From: Chrysomallon squamiferum
Lineage: Eukaryota > Animalia > Mollusca
Length of the DNA stretch: 64,000 nt
Assembly: GCA_012295275.1 (NCBI GenBank)
Contig: CM022666.1
Coordinates: 4,526,001-4,590,000 of the forward strand
Reading direction: 5' to 3'
In this document: one piece after another, positions 41,536 to 53,300 of the stretch
How positions within the stretch are numbered: position 1 is the first letter of the stretch
Layout of the letters: each line of letters starts with the position of its first letter
Position numbers and translations under genes: made by a program
The notes under the pieces: generated by a model
The model's database searches: none
Told to the model about the DNA's origin: nothing
Seen by the model: the letters and a program-made list of their open reading frames with translations, nothing else

Positions 41536-43642
41536 CTTTCTTTTATGATAATTGAAGAATAAAAAGATCCCTTGCTGTTGGTAGGAGTAACCCACAATAT
41601 TATCTGTTAGTATTTATTGAATTATATTCTTTATGGGAAATGAACTACATTTTTGCTTTAGCAGCAGCAGATGTTTTGTATATACCCACCTGTAAACAGA
41701 AACGTATAAAAAGAACTTTAGTCAAGATAGAACACACACACACAGCTTTTTATAAACTTAATCTCTAGGGCACCATCTAGAACAGGAAATAACCAAAATG
41801 GATGAAAACAATAAGTGATTGCAAAGAACAAAATAATTTATTTTTGTTATCAGTACAAGTCAATATATTTATTATGAATCGATCATTTTTAATTTTTAAA
41901 TTTTATTACGAATCAATCATTTTTATTTTTAAAATTTTTATTACGAATCAATCATTTTTATTTTTAAAATTTATTACGAATCAATCATTTTTATTTTTAA
42001 AATTATTTTATTACGAATCAGTCATTTTTATTTTTAAAATTTTATTACGAATCAATCATTTATATTTTATGACTTTATTACGAATCTGTTATTATTATTA
42101 TTTAAAATTTTTTATCAGGAGGAGCTGAAGTACAAGACGGCTAAAAAAGACGTGAACGAAGAATCGGGGAACGACGTGCCAAGCATGAACGACAAGAACC
42201 TGATGAAAAGCCGTTGCCACTCCCACATGAAGACGGTGCACAAGGACATGCTGCGACAAGACGGAGGAGGAGGCGGCAAGAAGACGAAGCCTCGACACCG
42301 TGTCATGGCGAACGGCACCTACAACACCGTCATGGAGTACCCGGGCGAATCGGACAACGATTCCTTCGAGAGTGGGCGAGAAGACAACAGCGACGAGGAT
42401 AACAACGATGACAGTGAGGTGGACGCGCAGCAACCCACCACCGCCGTGATGACGACGATGATGATGATGTCCCCGTTGTCGACTTTCTGTCCCGTTGAAA
42501 AAGAGCATCTGACGTTTCACCCTAATGGCGTCCCTAGGAAGGACAGCTTTGAGTTGTGTTCTCCTCATCTGGAAACTCCAAGCAAAGAACTGAAGACTTT
42601 TACCAGAATCGAAGACTCGTCCAGGTCGGAGTTCAACAAACAAGAGCAGACAACTCAGCTAGACGACGCCAGCGACGATAAGAGTTACTCCCCCTTCCTG
42701 GTGCAGGCCGATGTTCACCCGGTTGGTCCTGCATCGGAAATAATGGATAAACTTTCGCCGGACAGGACAAAAAGTCTACAGCAAGGGGAGTCGTCGGGCT
42801 ATCCGGGTCCCAGTCCTTCGAACAACGGTAAAACGTCGACCAGGAAAGTTGCATTTCAGGATGAAACTGAGTGCGAGGATTCTAAGTCAGTGGGCGAGGC
42901 GCTGGAGATGTTCGAGGAGGTTTCTCGTAAGTACGAGCTGGGCAGTCGTCTGGAGGCAATCAGAGAAAGCGTTGGTGAGGACTCCATCGATGGCCACAGC
43001 ATCGTCAGTGACGGTGCGTATTCCCACTCCATCTACGGGAGCAGCGAGATATTCGACACCAACACCAGACCGCACGTCTACTTTGACATCAACGATTCTG
43101 ATCTGGAGCTGCCGCCCGATAACGACGATGTTCTGTCAGAGTGCGGGATACCCAGCCCTTTACCCCTGTCCCTGATGAAGCCAAACAAACAGGGCAACAC
43201 CCAACCGCCGCCCAAAGACGCCCCCTGGCCACAAGAGAAACCAACAGTCAGCCCAGCCCCTGTTGTCAAGGCAACCTTTTCGAACAGTTCGGGACCCCTT
43301 CTCAGCACATTTGGCGTTTACGCCCCTCAGCCTTACGTCAGTGACAAATGTACAAAACAGACTGAGCAGCCAGCTAACCAGACCGGTCAGAAACAGAACC
43401 ACTCTTCAAATTCCAGTGTCAGAAAGGTTTCTCCCCCCTTGCCCCCTCCTCCCGAGGAGTTCAGACAGGTGGCTGATACGGATTCGTCCTTTGACTTCCC
43501 TCCTCCCCCACAGGTGTTTTCAAAAGCAGGGGGAGAGTACGTTGAGTTTGAGAAAAATGCTACAAAGAATGGGCCTGTTCAAGAGACGAAGATGATGGGG
43601 CCAAAGCTTCCTGGAAGAGGTTACCTCACAGGTTCAAAGTAG
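34378..43642 (+). CDS. Gene B: uncharacterised single-pass membrane protein with a long disordered cytoplasmic tail, 716 aa; join(34378..34536,40189..40317,41137..41475,42119..43642)
   Basis: Signal peptide MNCRLFWIGLILLLVQNCHG, ~90-aa ectodomain, TM WLLIGIAVATLLVMLCAMLYGVYWY, acidic/Ser/Pro-rich tail. All three introns are GT-AG phase 0. In-frame stop upstream of the ATG. Confidence 0.85.
37297..37331 (+). CDS. Candidate 35-nt ATG-bearing first coding exon of unit C, nested in intron 1 of gene B
   Basis: Acceptor tgtttcttgtgcag|, Kozak acaATGG (ATG 37306), donor TC|GTATGT in phase 2. Joined to 44234 it gives [30 protein letters not shown]. Confidence 0.45.
39130..39255 (-). mobile_element. 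Degenerate SINE body fragment; related fragments at ~11515-11600, ~37560-37690 and ~41558-41800
   Basis: Shared motifs ATTAGCAGAAAGGAATCTTTCATAT / ATAAAAAGATCCCTTGCTG / AGTAGCCCAT. Resemblance to a gastropod tRNA-derived SINE is from memory only. Confidence 0.45.
39550..40182. repeat. (ATTT)n/(ACTT)n microsatellite containing three TACTAAC copies
   Basis: Seen directly; TACTAAC at 40084, 40116 and 40160. Confidence 0.85.
40189..40317 (+). CDS. Gene B exon (ectodomain)
   Basis: TACTAAC branch point, ttgcag|, GAVFLQHSDQLKVVVNISAPTLKEAYTVQADLINHDNTLLLQV, donor GTG|GTAAGT. Confidence 0.85.
40371..40862 (-). mobile_element. Tigger/pogo (TcMar-Tigger) DNA transposon relic with a degenerate transposase N-terminus (CENP-B-type HTH)
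   Basis: Minus strand from ATG 40862: MDPKKASAKECAEKKKLMMSIELKHEII*KHK*GVHVVDLARQYERSTSKICTILKQKESIKTVTPAKGVNII, a typical TIGD1/Tigger N-terminus with two premature stops. Subterminal-like ACTTACGAGTTTAATTCGTTCC at about 40372. Confidence 0.8.
41137..41475 (+). CDS. Gene B exon (transmembrane helix and juxtamembrane tail)
   Basis: ttccag|, YEKPPSSPAIIGLRWLLIGIAVATLLVMLCAMLYGVYWYKSKRSFYDL...EALEM, donor ATG|GTGGGT; GC-rich coding composition. Confidence 0.9.
41865..42110. repeat. ~35-bp AT-rich minisatellite abutting the acceptor of gene B's large exon
   Basis: TTATTACGAATCAATCATTTTTATTTTTAAAAT, about 7 copies. Confidence 0.85.
42119..43642 (+). CDS. Gene B large exon (507-aa disordered cytoplasmic region); its TAG stop overlaps a GTAAGT donor
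   Basis: tttatcag|, 1.5-kb GC-rich open frame (ORF track 42152..43642), ends AAG TA|G TAAGT. Confidence 0.9.
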   Translation, partial: EELKYKTAKKDVNEESGNDVPSMNDKNLMKSRCHSHMKTVHKDMLRQDGGGGGKKTKPRHRVMANGTYNTVMEYPGESDNDSFESGREDNSDEDNNDDSEVDAQQPTTAVMTTMMMMSPLSTFCPVEKEHLTFHPNGVPRKDSFELCSPHLETPSKELKTFTRIEDSSRSEFNKQEQTTQLDDASDDKSYSPFLVQADVHPVGPASEIMDKLSPDRTKSLQQGESSGYPGPSPSNNGKTSTRKVAFQDETECEDSKSVGEALEMFEEVSRKYELGSRLEAIRESVGEDSIDGHSIVSDGAYSHSIYGSSEIFDTNTRPHVYFDINDSDLELPPDNDDVLSECGIPSPLPLSLMKPNKQGNTQPPPKDAPWPQEKPTVSPAPVVKATFSNSSGPLLSTFGVYAPQPYVSDKCTKQTEQPANQTGQKQNHSSNSSVRKVSPPLPPPPEEFRQVADTDSSFDFPPPPQVFSKAGGEYVEFEKNATKNGPVQETKMMGPKLPGRGYLTGSK

Positions 43643-43673
43643 TAAGTTGTGTCTGTCAGTCCATATGTCAGTT

Positions 43674-43708
<35 letters not shown>

Positions 43709-44065
43709 ATGTATGTATGTATGTATGTATGTATGTATGTATGTATGTATGTATGTATGTATGTATGTATGTATGTATGTATGTATGTACGTACGTACGT
43801 ACGTACGTATGAATGAATGTATGTATGTATGTATATGTTTCTATGGATATGTATGCATATATATATCTATGTTTATATGTATATATATATACATATGTGT
43901 GTGTGTGTATGTATATATCAGTTTATATGTATGTATATATGTATATTGTGTGTATGTGTGTGCATGCATGTGTGAAATTCATATATATGTGTGTGTTTGT
44001 AGTATGTATGTATAACTATGTATGTGTGTATGTATGTATTTATCTGTGTATACCTATGTAGTATC

Positions 44066-44118
<53 letters not shown>

Positions 44119-44233
44119 TACACACGCACACATATATATGTTCTACAGGTACATTTGTGTACATATATACATATCTATAAGTCTCTGTGTGTATTTTTAT
44201 ATTCACAACAATTTTTTTCTTCTATTTTTTAAG

Positions 44234-44436
44234 TCTGAACTTGTCCATTCTGTCAGTGGCCTGCATCTTGGGGCTGATTGGTGGAGTGTACAGCCAGCTT
44301 TCAGCCAATCAGATCACAGTTTACATCACAGTGTATGCTCCCAAGTCATTCTTAGCCAATGAGACAACGGTTTACATGAACCAGGATGTCAAAGGGAGAG
44401 TACTGCACGAAGAAGACATCAAAGTGAAGAGATATG
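44234..44436 (+). CDS. Unit C exon 1: signal-peptide-like hydrophobic segment with no upstream ATG
   Basis: tttttaag| phase 2, [39 protein letters not shown]...KRY, donor G|GTGAGA. Confidence 0.8.
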
Positions 44437-47400
44437 GTGAGAACAGAATTAAAATTCTAGCAACTAAACATTTATTTTGTGTTACTGTATTTTGTTTATT
44501 TGTTTGTGTGTGTATGAGTTTGTGTATAGGTGTGTTTGTGTGTATGTGTGTATGTGTGTGTTCTTGTGATGTGTGTATGTATATTTATATGTGTGTGTAA
44601 AAATATATGTTTTACTTGTTTTACTCTATTTTATTTTTCCATATCATTAAACCCCTGTATTTATTAGTTGCCGTTAGATACCATATTTATTACACATGCT
44701 TGTGTTTTTAAGATGTTGCTGAACCCATTCTCCATAGTTTGAACGTCAACCACTGTGGCAACCACAGATGTGAGCAAGGCTGTGACTACAACACAGGAAA
44801 CTGCATTTGTCTCCATGGTTACCGCGTTAAACCAGATGGCACCTGTGAAGGTGAGAGAATAACATAAAAAGATGTTCAGTGTTATTTTTTAAATAAATTT
44901 TATATTTTTTTATTTTTGTGTGTATTCTAGCTATGTACATTTTTAGTTTGTATGTAGATAGTTTGGTATAGTGATGTTCCTGTCAGTATACAGACTTAGT
45001 GATTATTGACAAATGTGTGCATGGACATACATATGTCATACATAATTAAGCATGTACAGAAAACTTATTTTCACACAAACATACAGACAGACACACATGT
45101 ATTCACACATATATGCATTATTATATATGTATAAAAATAAAAGTATACAGATGTATGTTTGAATTTATATATATATATACACACACACATCTCATACATA
45201 CATAAAGACAGACAGCCTTGTACATCAGTCAGAAACAAACATATAATCATACATGAAATTTCTTTAAAAGTATATATATCATATATCATATATGCACTAA
45301 ACTGTTACCATGTTTATTGAATGCTTTGAAATTTAATATATCTCAATATAAGATATTTCAGGTCTAATAAATTTAATTAATGTTTAATTAATTTTCATGA
45401 AATGTTTTAACATTAAATATATGTCAGTTTTAGATGTACTTTTAGAAGTGTTGGAATTGTCTGTCTGTCTATGCATCTATTTATTTAACTATATTAAAGA
45501 AAGAAAAAATTCAATTTCAGGTATATGTGTTTCAAATTTCTGCTTTAATATTCAGATCATGATACATGTTATCTTCTGTGTATCAGTTGCATCATTTTCC
45601 ATTACAGGCAAAATTCTTTTAAAATGAATTAATAAGCTTGTGAAATAACAGAAGAAATGTCATAGCCTACAATTACAGACAGAGCACAATAGCATCTGCA
45701 GTAGCTTGTAACCTGAATAGGGGTCATTCAGTGTCAAATCAGCCAGTTGGTTTGACTGTAACCTGTATAGGGGTCATTCAGTGTCAAATCAGCCAATGGG
45801 TTTGACTGTAACTTGTATAGGTGTCATTCCATGTCAAATCAGCCAGTGGGTTTGACTGTAACTTGTATAGGGGTCATTCAGTGTCAAACCAGCCAATGGG
45901 TTTGACTGTAACTTGTATAGAGCTCATTCCATGTCAAATCAGCCAATTGGTTTGACTGTAACTTGTATAGGGGTCATTCCATGTCAAATCAGCCAATGGG
46001 TTTGACTGTAACTTGTATAGGTGTCATTCCATGACAAATCAGCCAGTTGGTTTGACTGTAACTTCTATAGGTGTCATTTCATATTTCATGTCAAATCAGC
46101 CAATTGGTTTGACTGTAACTTGTATAGGTTTTATTTCATGTCAGATCAGCCAATGGGTTTGACTGTAACTTGTTTAGGTGTCATTCCATGTCAAATCAGC
46201 CAATGGGTTTGACTGTAACTTGTTTAGGTGTCATTCCATGTCAAATCAGCCAATGGGTTTGACTGTAACTTGTTTGGGTCATTTGTCAAATCAGCCAATG
46301 GGTTTGACTGTAACTTGTATATAGTGTCAAACCAGCCAATTGGTTTGACTGTAACTTGTATAGATGCCATTTCATGTCAAATCAGCCAATATGTTTGACT
46401 GTAACTTGCATAGGTGTCATTTCAAGTCAAATCAGCCAATGGGTTTGACTGTAACTTGTATAGGTGTCATTTCATATCAAATCAGCCAGTTGGTTTGACT
46501 GTAACTTGCATAGGTGTCATTTCAAGTCAAATCAGCCAATGGGTTTGACTGTAACTTGTATAGGTATCATTTCATATCAAATCAGCCAATGGGTTTGACT
46601 GTAACTTGTATAGGTGTCATTCCACGACAAATCAGCCTGTTGGTTTTGTAACTTGTATAGAGCTCATTCCTTGTCAAATCAGCCAATTGGTTTGACTGTA
46701 ACTTGTATAGGAGTTATTCTGTGTCAAATCAGCCAGTGGGTTTAACCTCAAGATCTTTGATTTTCCTGAAATTTCATATATAGTTTGGACCTGGCATAAC
46801 TAGTCCAAATAATTTTGGATATATTTGTTCTTGAATTTGGGGTTTTGTTTAAAAAAAGACATTTTTTACATCCGGAAATGCTGATAAACAGTGGGTCAGT
46901 GTTGATAAAACTGCTATCATTGGGAAGCTAATTTGATAAGCATTCCAAATCTCTTATTATTTCCTTGACGGGTGCAAGGTAAATTTTGATAATCTTTTGA
47001 CCTTTTGTTTGACGTATTGACCTTGAAATGACCTCTTGTCAGAATCATATTCCAAGATGTTATCTACAACATATAAAAAATTTCACTGGACTTTGTTACT
47101 CATTTATTCAGTTTCATTCATTTACATTTATCATCAGTAGATAATTCACTGGACTTTTTGTTATTCATTTATTCAGTTTTATTCATTTACATTTATCACT
47201 GATGGATAATTCATTTGCAAAGTTGTTTTTCATATTAATATATTACAGACTCTTCTTTTATTTTTTATTTATTTTTTTACAATTTTTAAACTGAAGACAC
47301 AGTTGTAATTTTGTAAAAGCTACATGTCTCTATTGTTGCATGTTTATTATGCACTGGTGATACATACATATTTATATTTGTTAATGACTGTGTAATAAAT

Positions 47401-48075
47401 ATGTTAATTTCAGGTTTAGTAGATATTAATAGTCATTTAGAAGCTTTTTATTCTAGAATGTTGTATGTGTTTATTTGTAAAAGAAATGTTGCCACCTTTT
47501 TTATTTAAGTTTTTTGTAGATTTTATTTTGTTTTACTGTTGTTTAATGGTAGAAATAAGTAACGAAAATAAATAAAAATTATTTACTTTTATTGGGTTAA
47601 TTTAAAACTTCAAGTAAAATATCTAATTTTCATTTTATGATTGGGAATGCATAAAAATAAAATGTGAATAAAAATATAAATTTACTAAAATAAAAATAAA
47701 TAATGGATTTTTATTACCTTCACTTTGAAGATATGAAAAGCAAATTCACATTGCATTAAAAACTTGTAATAGAAATAGCCACATGTATTTTGCAGTTAGT
47801 TAAAATTATTTTACAATAAAAAAATAAATTCTTTAATAAGAAATAATTTTTGTGATGAAAAATAATTTATGCTTTTAGTACCCACAAAAATAATTATATA
47901 TAAAATACTTTATAAAATAATATACAAGTCTGTAATATATCATTACACTTCCCATTAATTCAACTTTTTATGACTATTTTTTATTTATATTTATATATAT
48001 ATATATATATATATTAAGTCTTCTGTGCTAAAATTTCTGCACACATTTCTTCCCAGTTATATCCCAAAAATATAT

Positions 48076-48115
<40 letters not shown>

Positions 48116-48473
48116 ATATTTGTATTATTTTATAACCCTGCCAGTTCAAAATGGTGCTCAGTGCCGATACTAACGTCTACATGACTAATTATTATTTCAG
48201 ATATTAATGAGTGTATGGAGGGTGGGACCTCATGCCACTCGGCGGCTGGCTGCCTCAACCGCCGAGGCTCATATGACTGTATTTGTAGTGGAGATTACTA
48301 TGGTAACGGCAAGTACTGTCGGGGTAGGTACTTTAGTTATCTCCCTTCTAACCCAGTTACCTCCCATGTTCAGAAAATCTGAAATTCTTAATTTAAAAAA
48401 AAAGTTTTTTTTTTTTTTTTTTTTTTAAAACATTTTTTGTTTTTATTATTATTATTTTTTAAAACTATTATTA

Positions 48474-48535
<62 letters not shown>

Positions 48536-49892
48536 TTATTTTATTTTTATTATTTTTTTTTTAACTTTATCTTTTTCTTCTTCATTTTTGCTTTCCTAAA
48601 TGTTTCTGAATTCTAACAAACTAAAACAGTAGCATGAAAATTGCTGCCTTTTTTTTTTTATTAATTATTAAAAATCTAATCTATATAAAAATATATTTAT
48701 TTGTCTTTAGTTTGAAAACTTTGATAACCTTTTTTAAAATTTTTATACTTGTTTAAATACTAAAATTTACCAGTATTTTAAAGCATTATTAATTTAATAA
48801 CATGGGCATAGGCTAAAAACTGGAAAAGTAAATTTACAAATAACAATTTTTATTGGCATGAGTAGTTTTGTAAAACTGTGTGCATGCAGCTATTTTTTAA
48901 AGCATGTTTTGCTGCATGATTTTTTATGATTTTTATAACTGGCATTATTAAGTATTGAGGCTTCAGCAAATTCTGTTCTTATTACTGTTAATTTTAACTT
49001 TTTCAGATTTGACTATAATAATCATTATTTATTTCTTTAAGAATGAAACACAAATAGTTTTGTTTTTTAAATCACAAAAAACCCATTGCTGATTTTTAAT
49101 ATTTTAAAACTCTTTTACTTAAATTTTATTCTAATTACTTTAAATGTCAATTTATTATTGTGTTATATTCACATTCACTATTCAGACAAAAGTTGTATTA
49201 ATTTATATTTATATTATATGAAGCTTTTGATTAATAATATAAAAACTGCTTATAATTTGTAAAATAGTTTGTGATAAAATTCTTAAAATTTTCATAGATT
49301 TTTAGAGATCATATCTATAGCTAGTCAGAACCTCATTTGATTGGTCACAATGTTTTATTACTTGCTAATGATTGGTCAATTCTAATTTCAGCGTGTTCTG
49401 CACCTTGTGAAACAGGAACATACGAAGTACAGCCTTGTTCAGTGGACAAACAGAAAATATGTCGAGGTTTGAAATTTAAATATTTCCATTAGATTTGGAT
49501 TTGTTGAGAGCAGAAGAGACATTTGAAAAATAACTGCATAATTATAATTACTACTATCATTATTCTTGTTAAATTTTTTTTTTAGTGAAATTTAATAACA
49601 ATTATCAGGATAATAATGACTATAATTATTATCATCATTACTGATACTGTTGTTGTTTTGTTGTTAGTAATTATGTTTATAGTAGAAGCAATATTATTAC
49701 TATCATACTTACTTCTACTTTTGCTACTTCTGTTGCTACTTCTATTGCTACTTCTACTACTATTACTACTGCTGCTACTACCATTATTATTACTGCTGCT
49801 GTTATTATTATTGTTATATTTATTGTTATTGTTATTATTATTATTGGCATCATCATTATTGTTATTAATTATTTATTATTTATTATCATTAA

Positions 49893-49925
<33 letters not shown>

Positions 49926-50176
49926 CATCATTATCATTGTTAATGTCATCATCATCATCATTATTGTTATTATTGTTGTCATTGTTATTGTTATTATTCA
50001 GAATGTACAAAATCATGTCCTCCAGGCCACTTCATGTTGAGGCCATGTGAAACAAACAGAAATGCTGTGTGTAGAGGTGAGTGTTAAAATAGAGAAGAGA
50101 AGAAGATTATACTTCTGTTTGTCTGTATGTGAAAGAAAGATGATGAATATGTGTATGTTAAAGAGTGAGAGAGAGA

Positions 50177-50230
<54 letters not shown>

Positions 50231-50309
50231 CAGGCAGATAATGAGAGAGAGAGATAGAGAGACAGACAAACAGACAAACAGAGACAGAGAAAGACAAAGA
50301 TAAACAGAG

Positions 50310-50395
<86 letters not shown>

Positions 50396-53300
50396 TGTGC
50401 ATTAGAAAGAAATTAAATATGTCTGTGTATATATGAAAATAATATATATAAATGGATATTACCTGTTTTGCTCATATGGAAAAACAGAGTTTAAACGTGT
50501 TTTCATTAAAAAGTGATATTATACTGGTATGTATGGCATACTTATAGATAAGTACACATGTTATATTGGTTTCTGGTTTCAGCTTGCCCACAGCTGTGTC
50601 CAGCTGGAGAATTTGAATACAAGAAATGTGTGGGTGATTCTACCAGACAGTGCAAAAGTAGTTTTTAATGTTTGCTTGATTCAGCACATTTTTATTCACT
50701 TTGATTCAACTGATTCAGTGTGACAGTTTTGTTTTGTTTAGACATAGTATAATTTGTTTTGATTAGTGATGATTCAGTTTATTTTGCCAATTTGATTTAG
50801 TTTTATTTTAGTTTTATTTTTTTTCTGATAAATATAAAATCTCTTCTGTTTATTTTGATTAAGCATATTAATAAACTGGTATTTAAATTTATTTTATTTT
50901 TATATTTAGAACCAATAGTAATAATTATGGATGTTTTAAATTTTAAAATGATGTATTAAATAGAAGTCAACTTTGAATTTTTGTTAGAAAATTTATATTT
51001 ATTATATTTTATTTTTAAAAATAAATTGTTTTATATTTAATTTTAACATTTTAAATATTAAAATTTTTTCTTTTTAATTATAATTTAGTGTCCATTTTTA
51101 AATTTGAATTTTATATTTTAAATTTCATTATTATTGTTATTTTTAAAAGGTTTTAATCATCTACCAAAACCCAAACCATCAAAGAATATTATTATTGAAG
51201 ACCAGCAGAATATCACAGACCAGAATTTCTCAACCAAGTTTATCCCTTCCAAGTTTCCTGGTTTGATGACCTTCAAATTTGACAGAGGCAAGTAAAAATT
51301 ATTTTAAAAAGAGCACATTTAAATAATATTTATTCTTTTAAAAAATATTGTTAGTCCATTCTAGCTGAATGTTTTAAAAAAGTAGTATATAGTGTATATT
51401 ATTCATTTTCTGTTAATTATACAGCTTTGAAATGCAGAAAAATAAAATATATTTATTACAATTGATGTGATTATTAATGTTTGTTTTAAATTTTACAAAG
51501 GTCATGATATATTGTTACAGATTTTCTTCTAGTTTCATAGCAAACTAAATAAAAATATCTAGGTATTAACAAAACATTTAAAAAGAAGAAGAAATAAGCT
51601 GTTTAATTCATTATTCATTATATATAAAGAGATCTTGCTTTTTATTTAGAATCCTAGCTCTCTGTGTACATTTAATACTAATAATTACTTTGGCTAAATA
51701 AATACATAACATATTTATTTATCTTTCCTTTCCTGTGTGATATCTGTGTATTGCACACATGCTTAGGAAATAACTTGTGTGTGTGTGTTTCAGGTGAGTC
51801 TCTGTCTGTGGAGATAACAGTAGAGTCACTCCAAGCAGGGCTTCTCTTTGTTCCCATCAACTCATCAAATGGTGGCCCATTTTCCTCAGTGTACATGTCC
51901 GGAAACACAGCCCAGTTCTGCCCTGACCCAGTCCCAAAGCATTACATTCTTCACTACAACAAGCTGAATGTGAGCATCAGGATGAAATAGTAGAAATAAC
52001 ATTATAGTAATTTTACATTTATTGTATTAATTTTACATTTAATGTATTAATTTTACATTTAATGTATTAATTTTACATTTATTGTATTAATTTTACACTT
52101 ACTGTATTAATTTTACATTTACTGTATTAATTTTACATTTATATATTAATTTTGCATTTACTGTATTAATTTTACATTTATATATTAATTTTACATTTAC
52201 TGTATTAATTTTACATTTATATATTAATTTTACATTTACTGTATTAATTTTACATTTATTGTATTAATTTTACATTTATTGTATTAATTTTACATTTATA
52301 TATTAATATTACATTTATTGTTGTAATTTTGACATTTACATATTAGTTTTACATTTATTGTCTTAATTTTACATTTGTTCCATTAATTTTACATTCATGG
52401 TATGAACTCTTCGCATTTCACAGGACATAACCTTCACTGTGGCTGACAACGGCACTCTGATGCCTTGTGAATCACACACCGGCAACACGGTGGGCAACTT
52501 CCCTGGAACTGCTGGCCGACCTGGGACGTTCGTCTATGCAGAACCGGCACCCATGACCGACCTGTTCGAGATCAAACCCGAGTTTTTTCACGCTTCACCG
52601 GTTTGGACCGAGAGATCGAACCGATGCTTCAACCTGAGTCGGAAGTGCGAGGAGTGCTCGAGGTCGTGCGCAGGTCAGATGTCGCAGAACAGCAACGAAT
52701 GCTCGGTCCTCGGCAACGAGAGTGACAACGGCTTTTCACCTCGACTACGTGTGTGTTATTCCTGCTGCTGCCGCCAGGACTGTTCAGACATCTGCAAGGA
52801 TTATCATAAAAGACACTGTCAGCCCAAGAAGTGAGTCTCTGGTTTACTTTCAGATTCCTCAGTTGAATCAGATCATGATTTTTGACTTCCTATGTACCAC
52901 TACTCACCATGTTAGCAATCACAGTTCATTCAGGTGTAACAGTATCTGTGGGTGTTCCATATCATGTTTTGAAGGGTCCAGTACTTTGCCTGTCCAGTCA
53001 GTGATTAATCCACAAATCTTCTGTTGGTTTCTTGTGTGTCTTTTAAACTGTTTGTATCCATTCACTGACTGATTTACTGATATATCAAGTGGTTCGTCCA
53101 TCACTGATTTGGTCACCTGTAATTCACACATTGATTCATCCACTAGTCGATTCATCCATCCATGCATTAATTCATTCACAAATTTCCCCATCCTTCCATC
53201 CATTCATTCATCCATCCATCCATACATTAATTTTTTCTTTCATGCATCCATCCATCCATCCATCTGTCCATTTGATTGTACATCCATCTACTCTTTGCAA

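Noticed and set aside
42098-42643. 181-aa minus-strand ORF and other short ORFs overlapping 42.1-43.6 kb
   Set aside because: Antisense or alternative-frame shadows of the GC-rich gene B exon, with no splice or domain support
44713-50657. Naming unit C as a TNF receptor, fibrillin, Notch-like or SCUBE gene
   Set aside because: Only two EGF and three short TNFR-like repeats are present, and the remainder with its multi-pass region fits none of these families
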